A stretch of 64,000 bases of DNA from an uncultured delta proteobacterium (GTDB taxonomy: Bacteria; Desulfobacterota; Desulfobacteria; Desulfobacterales; UBA2156). The stretch's first letter is position 1, and the number at the start of each line of letters is the position of its first letter. This document shows positions 1 through 9,205 of this stretch, in pieces. Made by a program: the position numbers and the translations under genes. The stretch spans positions 1 through 64,000 of the forward strand of contig CAVTQK010000023.1 in the NCBI GenBank assembly GCA_963736855.1. The letters run 5' to 3'. The notes under the pieces are model-generated. The model was not told the DNA's origin. It ran no database searches and saw nothing but the letters and a program-made list of their open reading frames with translations.

Positions 1-569
1 GAAGGGGTTCAAGGACTGCAGGTTCGGCACCAAAAGTGTTCGGGGATGGTTGGGGGTTGGATTATGATTCGCTACGGTCACCAGTCACATTCGGACACAG
101 AAATGAGGTTTTTTTTATATGTGTTTTGTGTTTTAAAAAAAACACCAAAACCTGTGACTGTAAGTGACCGATGACCGGGTTGAAGGGATCTGATTCGTAT
201 TGCACGTTGAAGTTGGAGGGTATGGTTAGCGGATGGATCATCCAGATAACCCCCCCCCCCCTCCTGTGTCTTACCCCTGGTTCAATTAGCCCCCCAATGG
301 ACGACAAGATCAGGATGAGCTCGATGAGCGATAAGCTCATTATCGTAGGAAAAATAGTTGATTCGAACATTGGAAATGACATTATTTGGCAGATGTGATT
401 TTTGGAATGGCATGGACTGATAGCCGCATTCTGCGGTTTTAATTATGTACCGACGGTATCATATCGGATGATGTCCCGCCCCCCCTCTGACTAAATTTCC
501 CACCTACGACGGCACTTCTCAGCCTTCCGTCGAGGATTACATCTCCGACCCGGTTTATCCCATGGATGC

Positions 570-2216
570 TTACTTTTTAAAAAATCGGTCGGTGCTGACC
601 CGTTGAACTATACCCAAATCGGCCGAGATAATGGCCTTTTGCCGATGAAAATTCCGATTGATAGCGCATCCGCCTTTGATTAATTGAAAATACATCCGCC
701 ACGACAACTGTATGTTCCCATATCTTGGGGTGCCGACGATGGTAAGACACAATTCATGCTCGTGCTTAATCCGCCCACAAATTAGCAAATTCTTATCAAA
801 TTCGCAGCAGGCCTTCGGGTGAGTCGCGCGGGCTGAGTACGCGCCACGACCGACAGCAGGGCTCCCGTCCCGGAGGTTCAGGTCGACTGCGGGCCAGGGT
901 GACACGAACAGGGGATCGGCGACGAGATCCCCCGCTCCCTGTCCTGTGAGACGGGCAAACGTGCCGTTCGCGATCTCGGACTGCGAGATCGCCCTGTCGC
1001 CTAAGAAGACTGCCAGTATCTCCTCATCCTCTCGGCTGAAGAAGACGTTATCGCGCTCCTCCACCAGATGTACATTCTGGCCGAGGTAGATCCCGGTGTG
1101 GCCTCCCTGCTCAGGTCCGGTGTTGAAGGCGAAGATATTGCCCGTCAGCGTGAGGTCGAGCCGCGCCGGCATGCCCGTGTCGTCGTGTGGATAGCCAGCA
1201 ACGAACGAGTAATCGCGTTCGCCGAAATTGAGGTCGTACATGTTGTAGGCGATGGTATTCCTCACCACCTCGACAGTGCTGTCGTACTTTCCGACCATCA
1301 CCGGGTTGATGCCCTGCCCCCAGATGGCATTGGCCTCCATGCGGCCGCCCCCCCAGAGTTTGATGCCCTGAAGGTGATTCCGGTACACTTGGTTGCGTCT
1401 CACGATGATGCCGGAGACGTGACCTGCAAAATCACGGGAGTTTAGGTCGATCCCGTCTCCGCCGTTATCATGGACGAGGCAATCCTCGACGAGGACCTCC
1501 TGCCCGCGCTCTAGCCCCAACCCATCGCCACCGAAGCCGCCCGCGATACCGGCGTTGGCGATCTCGAGACGCCGAAACGTCGCGCGGTCGCAGGGACCCG
1601 GAGTGCAGTCCACCGCCGTGAAGACCGTATCGCGGATTGTGCTGTCCTCGACAATCACGTCACTCACGGGTCCATTGGCCGCAGCCTCGCCGGAATTGCC
1701 CTCCGTCAGCCGGATGCCCGCCTCCCCACCCACCACCGTGAGCCGCGAGAGCGTCACGTGATGGTTGTCGCCCGAGAGCGTCACGCCCCATATGCGAAAG
1801 CCCTGAACCGTGAATCCCGCGAGTTGCAAGTAGGACGTACCGGGTGCCACCATCACGTTCCCTTCTACAATCACCGCATCGCCCGCAGCGGCGCCGAAGA
1901 CGATCGGGTTGCCCTCGCTTCCTGAGCGCGAGAAGATCAGCTCTTCCACACTGTACGTACCGCCGTGCACGGAGACAGTGTCGCCGCCGGCGACGCTATC
2001 CGCCGCGTGCTGCAGCGTCCGCCACGGCCGCGCGGCTGAACCGGTATCGCTGTCGTTCCCCGTCACTGCCACGTGGTACGCGCTGCCCGAGGCTCCAGCC
2101 GCCTTCGAGGGACTCGGGTCCTGCGAACCACCCTGGCAGCTTCCACCTCCGCACACCACAAGTCGTACGAGAGCCACCGTCGCGATCAGTACAACAGCGA
2201 GTTTCCGAGATCCCAT
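570..2216 (-). CDS. Secreted right-handed parallel beta-helix (pectate-lyase-like fold) protein; last ~85 aa probably read-through into unrelated DNA
   Basis: ATG 2216 with AAGGAGG RBS; hydrophobic N-terminus; 'YHVAVTGNDSDTGSAARPWRTLQHA' cap, N/G/D-rich repeats, 'DPLFV...LNLRDGSPAVGRGAY' terminal motif; much higher GC than host. Confidence 0.75.
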   Translation of the reverse strand: MGSRKLAVVLIATVALVRLVVCGGGSCQGGSQDPSPSKAAGASGSAYHVAVTGNDSDTGSAARPWRTLQHAADSVAGGDTVSVHGGTYSVEELIFSRSGSEGNPIVFGAAAGDAVIVEGNVMVAPGTSYLQLAGFTVQGFRIWGVTLSGDNHHVTLSRLTVVGGEAGIRLTEGNSGEAAANGPVSDVIVEDSTIRDTVFTAVDCTPGPCDRATFRRLEIANAGIAGGFGGDGLGLERGQEVLVEDCLVHDNGGDGIDLNSRDFAGHVSGIIVRRNQVYRNHLQGIKLWGGGRMEANAIWGQGINPVMVGKYDSTVEVVRNTIAYNMYDLNFGERDYSFVAGYPHDDTGMPARLDLTLTGNIFAFNTGPEQGGHTGIYLGQNVHLVEERDNVFFSREDEEILAVFLGDRAISQSEIANGTFARLTGQGAGDLVADPLFVSPWPAVDLNLRDGSPAVGRGAYSARATHPKACCEFDKNLLICGRIKHEHELCLTIVGTPRYGNIQLSWRMYFQLIKGGCAINRNFHRQKAIISADLGIVQRVSTDRFFKK

Positions 2217-2361
2217 GCCTGACCTCCTTTCACCATCATCCGGTCGGGAGCGCAACCACGAAGGCACCCAACTCGCACCCCACCCACATCTCTCACGTTG
2301 GAGTGACGAGGGAACACTACTCCACGTCCTCCGCAGCGTCAAGAATGTGTTGGCCCAGAGA

Positions 2362-2562
2362 TTACGCAAATCTCTCGATGCGCATCGAGCAGACCCAGGC
2401 CCCTACCGCCTGCCCGGCCGCTACGTTCGCCATGCTCTCATGAAACAGGTCTTTCCCCGGGAAGAAGTCGGCTGTCATGCCATTGATCATGTGACCGTCA
2501 GCTAGCCGTACTGCGACTTTATTCACAGCGCCTCCTCTCGAAAAGCCATTCCGACGAGCCAC
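2362..2562 (-). pseudogene. Fragment of a small conserved hypothetical protein
   Basis: 'NKVAVRLADGHMINGMTADFFPGKDLFH' reads like a conserved N-terminus and then degenerates; lies in the GC-rich insert. Confidence 0.35.
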
Positions 2563-2647
2563 CCCTCGGCCGTACTATCTCCCAGCTCATCCCGCCAAGT
2601 AGGCCGATGGTTTTCACGGGTACTCTCAAATTGAAAGATTTTAATGT

Positions 2648-2833
2648 TTAGGCTGTTTCCTCGACTACCCCATCTGCAGCATTCTTCTTGATCGACTCGA
2701 CGGTCTTCATGACAGCTATTTTGGTTTTGTAGCCCTCGCCTGAAAACATGACTTTGCCGTTGGGAGCCTTAAAGCGGAAGCGGAACTGGCCTGACTTGTC
2801 CTTGTAGATTTCGTACTTGTAAGCTGCTGGCAT
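2648..2833 (-). CDS. YegP/DUF1508 family protein (single domain)
   Basis: 'KYEIYKDKSGQFRFRFKAPNGKVMFSGEGYKTK' signature; GGAGGAG RBS. Confidence 0.85.
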   Translation of the reverse strand: MPAAYKYEIYKDKSGQFRFRFKAPNGKVMFSGEGYKTKIAVMKTVESIKKNAADGVVEETA

Positions 2834-3091
2834 GGTCTCCTCCCTTTTGAAGTTGAAGATGTCAAGGAAACGGAAACAATTGAGCGGATTTTGAATTTAT
2901 ACCAATATTTTCAATTACAAAACAAGAAAAATATCCATAAGTGACAAAATCCATTGAAAAAGGCCGAATAGCGAGAAAGGAGTGTTTTTCAAAAGGTTTT
3001 TACCATGCAAAGACCAAATAGCTCGGTTATCTCAAATAAGTCGGTGAATTTAACAGAAAGGCCTTTTAAAACCGATTGAACCGAAAAAATA

Positions 3092-3125
3092 GTTCAGTCG
3101 ACTGAACAAGAAAGGAGGTCAAACG
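3092..3125. repeat. Palindromic site, copy 1 (GTTCAGTCGACTGAAC...GGTCAAACG)
   Basis: Perfect 16-bp palindrome at 3092-3107; near-identical copy 700 bp downstream. Confidence 0.6.
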
Positions 3126-3157
3126 CTGTGTTGATTGTTAAAATGCCACGGCCTGCC

Positions 3158-3583
3158 TTACTCATCCATTTCCGTTCTGACACTTCTCGTTTTCTTGATT
3201 TTTCCACGATGCACTTTGGCTTCTATACGACGAGCCAGCGAAGCACGCGTTGGCTTCGTCGCACGTCGAATCTTTGGAATTTCAAGAGCCTTGCGAATCA
3301 GACGGATTAAACGTTGACGGGCATCTTGTCGATTCTGTGCTTGAGTTCGAAAACGCCGAGCCTCGATCACCAGAATACCTTCCACAGACAGGCGTTTACC
3401 CGCAATATGGCGCAGACGCTCCCGAACCGTATCGGACAGGGAAGGAGAACGCTGGAGATCAAAACGCAATTGAACTGAAGTGGCAACCTTATTGATGTTT
3501 TGGCCTCCAGGTCCTGAAGCCAAAACGAATCTTTCGTCAAGTTCGCTCTCGGGAATGACAAGTCTTGGAGTAATGATCAACAT
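3158..3583 (-). CDS. arfB: Alternative ribosome rescue peptidyl-tRNA hydrolase ArfB
   Basis: SGPGGQNINK (GGQ) motif, 'RTQAQNRQDA', basic C-terminal tail 'RRATKPTRAS..RR..AK..RG..K..R'. Confidence 0.95.
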   Translation of the reverse strand: MLIITPRLVIPESELDERFVLASGPGGQNINKVATSVQLRFDLQRSPSLSDTVRERLRHIAGKRLSVEGILVIEARRFRTQAQNRQDARQRLIRLIRKALEIPKIRRATKPTRASLARRIEAKVHRGKIKKTRSVRTEMDE

Positions 3584-3791
3584 AGCGCCAGCTTACTCTT
3601 GACGCAATAAAAACACAATCCCGCAGCTCCATTGGTATACCAACCGACCAAACTCAACGATTTTTACTGGTCTCGGAAACACCAGGTTCGTCATTTTCAT
3701 TGGTTGTGAGATCATTGATGAAATTGCATGGCACTTTTCGAATTTGTTCTATTTTCAATAATATTATATGGATAATACCGATTCAAATTTC

Positions 3792-3826
3792 GTTCAGTCG
3801 TCTGAACTAAAAAATTGGGTCAAACG
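3792..3826. repeat. Palindromic site, copy 2 (GTTCAGTCGTCTGAAC...GGTCAAACG)
   Basis: 15/16 match to copy 1 plus shared downstream GGTCAAACG. Confidence 0.6.
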
Positions 3827-3896
3827 GTCCCCAATGGTTTTCAAGCCAGGACGTTAGGTAACATATTTTCCCAAAATCAGGATAGGAAGGTCTGCC

Positions 3897-3998
3897 ATGG
3901 TTTGCCCCAAGTGTGGATATCAACGAACAGAAAAAGACGATAAATTTGTTAGGCAAGAAGAGTGCCCTAAATGCGGGTTGATCTATTCAAGACATTAA
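3897..3998 (+). CDS. 33-aa zinc-ribbon peptide, possibly a gene truncated by a premature TAA
   Basis: MVCPKCGYQRTEKDDKFVRQEECPKCGLIYSRH*; two CPKCG motifs; AGGAAGG upstream; frame stays open about 46 codons past the stop. Confidence 0.55.
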   Translation: MVCPKCGYQRTEKDDKFVRQEECPKCGLIYSRH

Positions 3999-4147
3999 GG
4001 ATCCCTTTTGAGACCAAAAACGGATCCCATCGGAGAAACCGCAGAGAACATCATTATTGACAAAGAGACAGCACTCGAATTTCATAAAATTCCTTTTCAA
4101 GACAATTGCATTTCGTGCAGTCCTGATTTGTATGAATAGAATTTATC

Positions 4148-4565
4148 ATGTCAAAAAATAGTATCCTTGAAAGCTGTAGACATATTCTGATTTCTCTTGT
4201 CATCGTTTTTTCTTTGTATCAACCCTCCTATTCGTCTCAAAGAGTTAAAGACAATCCGACACTACTCTCTCCAGAGATAGATGACTTATATAAAAAAGGC
4301 TATTACAGCAAAGCGATTCCTTTAGCCGAAAATCTTTTATCAGCTCAAGAAAAGATTCACGGTTCCTTCTCTCTCAAATTAACAGAACCCCTCGATTATC
4401 TCGGGAAACTGCAATACCTTGCTGGGAATTATACACGCGCAAAAAGCCAATTCGAAAAATCATTATCGATAAAAACCAAAGTTCTGGGGAATAATGTGTT
4501 GCAAGTAGCTGAAAGTTACGACTGGTTAGGAGTCCTTCACATCTTTTTTGGGGACTTTACTCACA
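4148..4565 (+). pseudogene. N-terminal remnant of a secreted TPR-repeat protein, truncated at the integrase junction
   Basis: Signal peptide plus TPR-like repeats ('LYKKGYYSKAIPLAE', 'LGKLQYLAGNYTRAKSQFEKSL', 'VAESYDWLGVLH'); reads into integrase sequence in another frame. Confidence 0.65.
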
Positions 4566-5591
4566 TTCAGAGAGAGCTCAAAAAGCACCAAGAAGATGGT
4601 CGCAAAAAAGTTCTTGGATAGAAGGGAAGGTGACATCGCACAGGGAAGATTGCCTGCCGTGCAATTCGACAAAATCACCTTCGATGATCTGGTCGAAGAT
4701 TTTCTCCGCGATTACCGGATCAACCAGAAAAAATCGCTCGCCAGGGCGGAAAGGAGTGTGAAACAACTCGAAAAATTTTTCAAAGGGAATAAGGTCTTGA
4801 CCATCACGACTCCGAGAATCAACACATACATCGAGAAACGCCAGAAAGAGGGAGCTGCCAACGCGACCATCAACCGTGAATTGGCGGCTTTAAAGCGATC
4901 TTTGAATATTGGAGCTCAACAAACGCCGCCGCGGGTAGCCAGTGTACCAAAAATCAAGATGCTGGAGGAAAACAATGTGCGGAGAGGTTTCTTCGAGCAT
5001 GATGAGTTTTTGGAATTCCGCGATGCCCTACCCCACTACCTCAAAGCTCCTGTAACCTTCGGCTATAAATTCGGATGGCGCTTTCAAGAAATCTTTAACC
5101 TAACATGGGCTCAAGTCGATCGTTTCAATTGGATGGTTCGTCTGGAAGTCGGAACAACCAAGAATAAAGCCGGTCGCTTGATTTATTTGGATTCCGAGCT
5201 CATAGAAATTTTCGAAGGGCTTTGGGCCAAGCGGAAAGCGAACAAGAAGTTGCTGCCGTTCATATTTACAAACCGGAGTGGCGACGACAAAATTAAAGAT
5301 TTCCGATTTGCTTGGGATAAGGCTTTCAAAGACACCGGCATCCCTCGAAAATTGTTTCACGACCTACGACGGACGGCAGTGAGGAATATGGTCCGAGCAG
5401 GCATACCGGAGAAAGTTGCGATGATGATTTCAGGCCATAAAACACGATCGATTTTCGAACGCTACAATATCGTCGACGACAAGGACCTGAAGCTCGCTGC
5501 CAAGCGTCAGGAGGAATACCTAAAAAATGTTATGGGCACAATTTCGGGCACAATCGTCGATTTTGAGGGGAAAAGAGGTTTTTCAAAATGA
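4548..5591 (+). CDS. Tyrosine recombinase/phage-type integrase, 5'-truncated
   Basis: Catalytic motifs R (GWRFQE), K (TKNK), HDLRR, GHKT and Y (ERYNI); 'NATINRELAAL'; ends 23 bp from the tRNA-Leu 3' end. Confidence 0.92.
   Translation: MGTLLTFRESSKSTKKMVAKKFLDRREGDIAQGRLPAVQFDKITFDDLVEDFLRDYRINQKKSLARAERSVKQLEKFFKGNKVLTITTPRINTYIEKRQKEGAANATINRELAALKRSLNIGAQQTPPRVASVPKIKMLEENNVRRGFFEHDEFLEFRDALPHYLKAPVTFGYKFGWRFQEIFNLTWAQVDRFNWMVRLEVGTTKNKAGRLIYLDSELIEIFEGLWAKRKANKKLLPFIFTNRSGDDKIKDFRFAWDKAFKDTGIPRKLFHDLRRTAVRNMVRAGIPEKVAMMISGHKTRSIFERYNIVDDKDLKLAAKRQEEYLKNVMGTISGTIVDFEGKRGFSK
5534..5554 (+). repeat. Tandem GGGCACAAT direct repeats, putative integrase arm-type sites
   Basis: GGGCACAAT-TTC-GGGCACAAT near the integrase 3' end, close to the tRNA. 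Confidence 0.45.
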
Positions 5592-5614
5592 GAATAACCT
5601 CTAATGATTTCAAG

Positions 5615-5700
5615 TGCCTGGAGCCGGAATCGAACCGGCACGGGGACTTAGCCCCAAGGGATTTTAAGTCCCTTGCGTCTACCTGTTCCGCCATCCAGGC
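5615..5700 (-). tRNA. tRNA-Leu (TAA)
   Basis: Reverse complement GCCTGGATGGCGGAACAGGTAGACGCAAGGGACTTAAAATCCC...GGTTCGATTCCGGCTCCAGGCA; long variable arm; CCA not encoded. Confidence 0.95.
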
Positions 5701-5798
5701 AAAATGCATGGTTGAGATTCTGTACCTTCAAGCCGCTGGAATGTCAATATCGGCCTGTGGTTATTAATCCGTGCATCCTAAAAAGACCTTTTCAATAA

Positions 5799-5953
5799 TG
5801 ATGGCTTCGTAAAAAGTCCAATTTCTGCGTTGCGCTTCATCCCGTTGCGATTTCGACGTACGATAAGTACGCCTCATCACACGGGATTCGCGACGCCTTG
5901 AACTTGAACTTTTTCCTTTGCCATCTGATTTTCGACTTTTTACGAGTTCATCA
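5799..5953 (+). mobile_element. MITE-like element, core type A (155 bp)
   Basis: Ends TGATGGCTTCGTAAAAAG / CTTTTTACGAGTTCATCA; ATAA on both flanks; near-identical to the copies at 37145 and 51782. Confidence 0.85.
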
Positions 5954-6128
5954 ATAATGACGTGACAAAAGAAGAAATTTTGTGATAACATATATAGTTT
6001 AAGCTGGTTTTCGATCCATGAGGCAATTTCTTACATAATCGCTTGAACGGTTTGATAAAATTTGACCCATAAGCCTTTAAACATAGTTTGGAGTGGTTAC
6101 TGTTGGATTCAATCAAGGAGGAAGATCT

Positions 6129-6644
6129 ATGATGTATAATCAAACTGTGATGGACCATTTCAGAAATCCCAGGAATGTGGGCGTCATCGAGGATGCCAGC
6201 GGAGTGGGTGAAGTGGGGAATCCGATTTGCGGAGATATGATGACTATCTATATCAGGGTCAACAACGACCGGATCGAGGACATCAAATTTCAGACCTTCG
6301 GATGCGGCAGCGCCATAGCCGTGTCAAGCATGTTGACCGAGATCGCAAAAGGAAAAACTCTTGAAGAGGCCAAAAGGATCACCAATAAAGATGTCGCCGA
6401 TGCTCTCGAGGGTCTGCCCAAAAACAAACTCCATTGCAGCAATCTGGGTGCGGATGCCCTCCAGATGGCCATCAAGAACTACGAAGCCCGAAAGGCCGGA
6501 AAACCGATTATTGAGCTCAAGAGAAAAGATGAACACCAGCATTCACATGGGGACAAATGTTACTGCCCCTATTGCGACGTGGAACTTGAAGAAGGGACCG
6601 AATTCTGCGATGCCTGCCAGCATGACCTGAAAGAAGAGCACTGA
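6129..6644 (+). CDS. iscU: Fe-S scaffold IscU/NifU-N with C-terminal His-rich/zinc-ribbon extension
   Basis: 'DHFRNPRNVG', 'NPICGD', 'FGCGSAIA', 'KLHCS'; extension CPYC...CDAC; AAGGAGG RBS. Confidence 0.9.
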   Translation: MMYNQTVMDHFRNPRNVGVIEDASGVGEVGNPICGDMMTIYIRVNNDRIEDIKFQTFGCGSAIAVSSMLTEIAKGKTLEEAKRITNKDVADALEGLPKNKLHCSNLGADALQMAIKNYEARKAGKPIIELKRKDEHQHSHGDKCYCPYCDVELEEGTEFCDACQHDLKEEH

Positions 6645-6663
6645 ACACGGAAAGGAATATTCC

Positions 6664-7836
6664 ATGATGAAACGCATCAACCTGGACCACATCAGCTCCC
6701 AACCGATCTTGCCGGAAGTCAAGGCGGTCATGATCGAGGCGATTGAAAAAGACCACCATAATCCGTCGAGCCAACATCAGGAAGGCGAAACGGCGGCGGC
6801 GGCCTTGGAAAAAGCCAGGGAACAGACGGCTCGGCTGATCAACGCCGCATCGCCTAAGGAGGTGGTTTTCACATCAGGCGGCACAGAGTCGGTGAATCAC
6901 GCCATAAAAGGAGCGGCGTTGGCCAACATGGAACGGGGCAAGCACATCATCACCACCAATATCGAGCACAACGCCGTTATTCGGAGCATCCGCAGGATTA
7001 AATCCCAGGGGTTTAACGTGACCTCCCTTTCCGTGGACTCCAGCGGACGCGTCAACCCTCAGGATGTCGCAGACGCCATCAATGACGAAACCATCCTGAT
7101 CTCCGTCATGCATAGCAACAACGAAACCGGCACGTTGCAACCCATTGCCGAAATCGCAAAGATCGCCAGGGAAAAAAGGATCCTTTTCCACACGGATGCC
7201 GTGGATTCCGTGGGGGCAGTTCCGATCGACGTTCAAAAACTGGGCGTCGATCTCCTCAGTTTTGCCTCCAACACTTTCTACGGCCCTACCGGAGTCGGGG
7301 GGCTTTATATCAAGCGGGGAACCCGTATATGGCCGCTTCTCGACGGAGGGGTCCAGGAGGGAAATAAGCGCGCTGGAGCTGAGAACCTCATCGGCATCAT
7401 CGGGATGGGAAAGGCTGCGGAACTTGCATTTCTGAATATGGACCCAAGGCTTGACTATTTAACGAGTCTGAAAAAAAAGCTCCTCCATGACTTTCCCCGA
7501 TACATCGACGAATACCTCATCAATACGCATCCGGAATACAGCCTCCCCAACCTGGTTTCCGTCTCCATAAAGTATATCGAAGGGGAAAGCGTCATGCTGA
7601 TGCTTGACGATGACGGAATCGCCATCTCTACCCGAAGCGCTTGCGCCACAGGCTCGTTACGAGCTTCCCACGTGCTTATGTCGCTGGGTTTGAGTCATGC
7701 TGATGCTCAGGGGACCCTGGTAATCTCTTTCGGCATCGACAATACGGAATCGGATATGACGGCCTTTCTGGAATCTTTACAAAAAACCGTAAATACACTT
7801 CGAGATATCTCGCCGCTGTATAAAAAAACCGTTTGA
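6664..7836 (+). CDS. iscS: IscS/NifS-family cysteine-desulfurase-like protein lacking the PLP lysine
   Basis: 'FTSGGTES', 'IEHNAV', 'NNETG', 'SACATG'; the canonical SAHK is replaced by ASNT. Confidence 0.85.
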   Translation: MMKRINLDHISSQPILPEVKAVMIEAIEKDHHNPSSQHQEGETAAAALEKAREQTARLINAASPKEVVFTSGGTESVNHAIKGAALANMERGKHIITTNIEHNAVIRSIRRIKSQGFNVTSLSVDSSGRVNPQDVADAINDETILISVMHSNNETGTLQPIAEIAKIAREKRILFHTDAVDSVGAVPIDVQKLGVDLLSFASNTFYGPTGVGGLYIKRGTRIWPLLDGGVQEGNKRAGAENLIGIIGMGKAAELAFLNMDPRLDYLTSLKKKLLHDFPRYIDEYLINTHPEYSLPNLVSVSIKYIEGESVMLMLDDDGIAISTRSACATGSLRASHVLMSLGLSHADAQGTLVISFGIDNTESDMTAFLESLQKTVNTLRDISPLYKKTV

Positions 7837-7898
7837 CCGGATCATCAGCCTAAAAAACCTAAGGCCGACGGTGTCGATTTCGCCATTTTTGGATTTTT

Positions 7899-7927
7899 TG
7901 TAAACTAAAACCGTGTATTAAACGTCT
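7899..7927 (+). promoter_or_regulatory. Putative ECF-sigma autoregulatory promoter
   Basis: TGTAAAC-N17-CGTCT upstream of the ECF sigma gene. Confidence 0.45.
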
Positions 7928-8024
7928 TTTACTTTAAAATCTAAAGAACAGCGGATGCCTGCTGTCTGTGTGTCTATGCCGGAACGATTCCTGGATGCTT
8001 TCGACCTGAGATAGTGGATGGCCC

Positions 8025-8633
8025 ATGCCCATAAACACGGATCGCTCGGGCTCCGGCGAGAAATCTTTGGATTTATTCATTCAGCAGGCCGCCGGCGGGG
8101 TTGAGGGGGCGTTTGATCCTATCGTCAGGACCTTTTATGCGGACATTTTCAAAATGATCTATTATCGTACCCAGTCCAGACCGGATGCCGAAGACATCGC
8201 CCAAGACGTATTTCTGCAGGCTTTTCAGAATATTGCAACCTTGAAATCTCCGGAGCGTATTCGGGGCTGGCTCTTTCAGATTGCCGTAAACAAGGTAAGG
8301 GACTATTATCGAAAAAAGCGATGGCTTAAACTCTTTGTAAAATTACCCGAACGGGTGGATCCCGATGACCCTGGAAGCGAACACTTTCAGGAAGCGGATG
8401 CGGAAAAGCGCCTTCAGAAGGCTGATTTCTGGAAAATCTTCGGCCGACTTGTTAAAAAGCTTTCGTCCATGGAAAAAGAGGTCTTTTTATTAAAATTTTT
8501 AGATCATCTCAACATCCGGGAAATCTCCCAGGTGATGAACCGCAGCGAAAGTACAGTTAAAACCTGTTTGTACCGAGCCATCAATAAGTTCAGGAAAGAA
8601 CCCTCTTTCCAGAGGCTTTTCGATGAGGCATGA
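8025..8633 (+). CDS. ECF RNA polymerase sigma factor
   Basis: 'DAEDIAQDVFL', 'WLFQIAVN', region 4 'LNIREISQVMNRSESTVKTCLYRA'. Confidence 0.92.
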   Translation: MPINTDRSGSGEKSLDLFIQQAAGGVEGAFDPIVRTFYADIFKMIYYRTQSRPDAEDIAQDVFLQAFQNIATLKSPERIRGWLFQIAVNKVRDYYRKKRWLKLFVKLPERVDPDDPGSEHFQEADAEKRLQKADFWKIFGRLVKKLSSMEKEVFLLKFLDHLNIREISQVMNRSESTVKTCLYRAINKFRKEPSFQRLFDEA

Positions 8634-9205
8634 ATATGAAAAATGAAAACCATAGCCATTTAAGCGATGCGCTACTGCTTAGAGCCATCATCGATGAAGC
8701 CGACCTGAATCCGGCGGAGCAATTTCATCTTTCAACATGTTCGCTATGCCGGAAAAGAAAAACCGTCATGGAGGCTCCGCTGATTCAGTTGGGCCAACTG
8801 GCCGCCCAACATGCTCCACATCCGAAAGGTTATCCCTCCATCCTCCACAAGCGTCCAAGCCGCAGAGTTTATGGCTGGAACTTCGGCTGGCGCCCTGCCC
8901 TGGCATCGGCGGTGAGTATTCTCCTGATCGTCGCCTTGGCTTGGTGGTATGATGCGGCCTGGCTCCGCGGTAAAGAAAAGGTCGATACCGCGCACCTGGA
9001 AAAGATCGATGACGCTGCTTTAATGGCCGAAGTCGATGCTCTCATCGATGAGGCCCTCCCCAAGACTTATCGATATATTACTGCAGACGATGAACCGCGG
9101 TTGACCGATGAGTTCATACGGTTCGTGGCGCCACTGGTCGAAAGTGATTCATTGACCTTTAATTTCAGGAATAGGGGTTTGACGCTATGGCTAAAGTCGG
9201 TTTAA
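8630..9205 (+). CDS. Putative zinc-binding anti-sigma factor, one TM segment
   Basis: HLSTCSLC = HxxxCxxC; TM helix; overlaps the sigma gene stop. Confidence 0.65.
   Translation: MNMKNENHSHLSDALLLRAIIDEADLNPAEQFHLSTCSLCRKRKTVMEAPLIQLGQLAAQHAPHPKGYPSILHKRPSRRVYGWNFGWRPALASAVSILLIVALAWWYDAAWLRGKEKVDTAHLEKIDDAALMAEVDALIDEALPKTYRYITADDEPRLTDEFIRFVAPLVESDSLTFNFRNRGLTLWLKSV

Noticed and set aside
250..261. C12 homopolymer as a phase-variation switch
   Set aside because: Not within a credible gene or a recognisable promoter.
5764..5991. Short ORFs over the repeats (also 33361-33626, 37017-37226, 44471-44885, 52061-52243)
   Set aside because: They are translations of the MITE-like elements, not genes.
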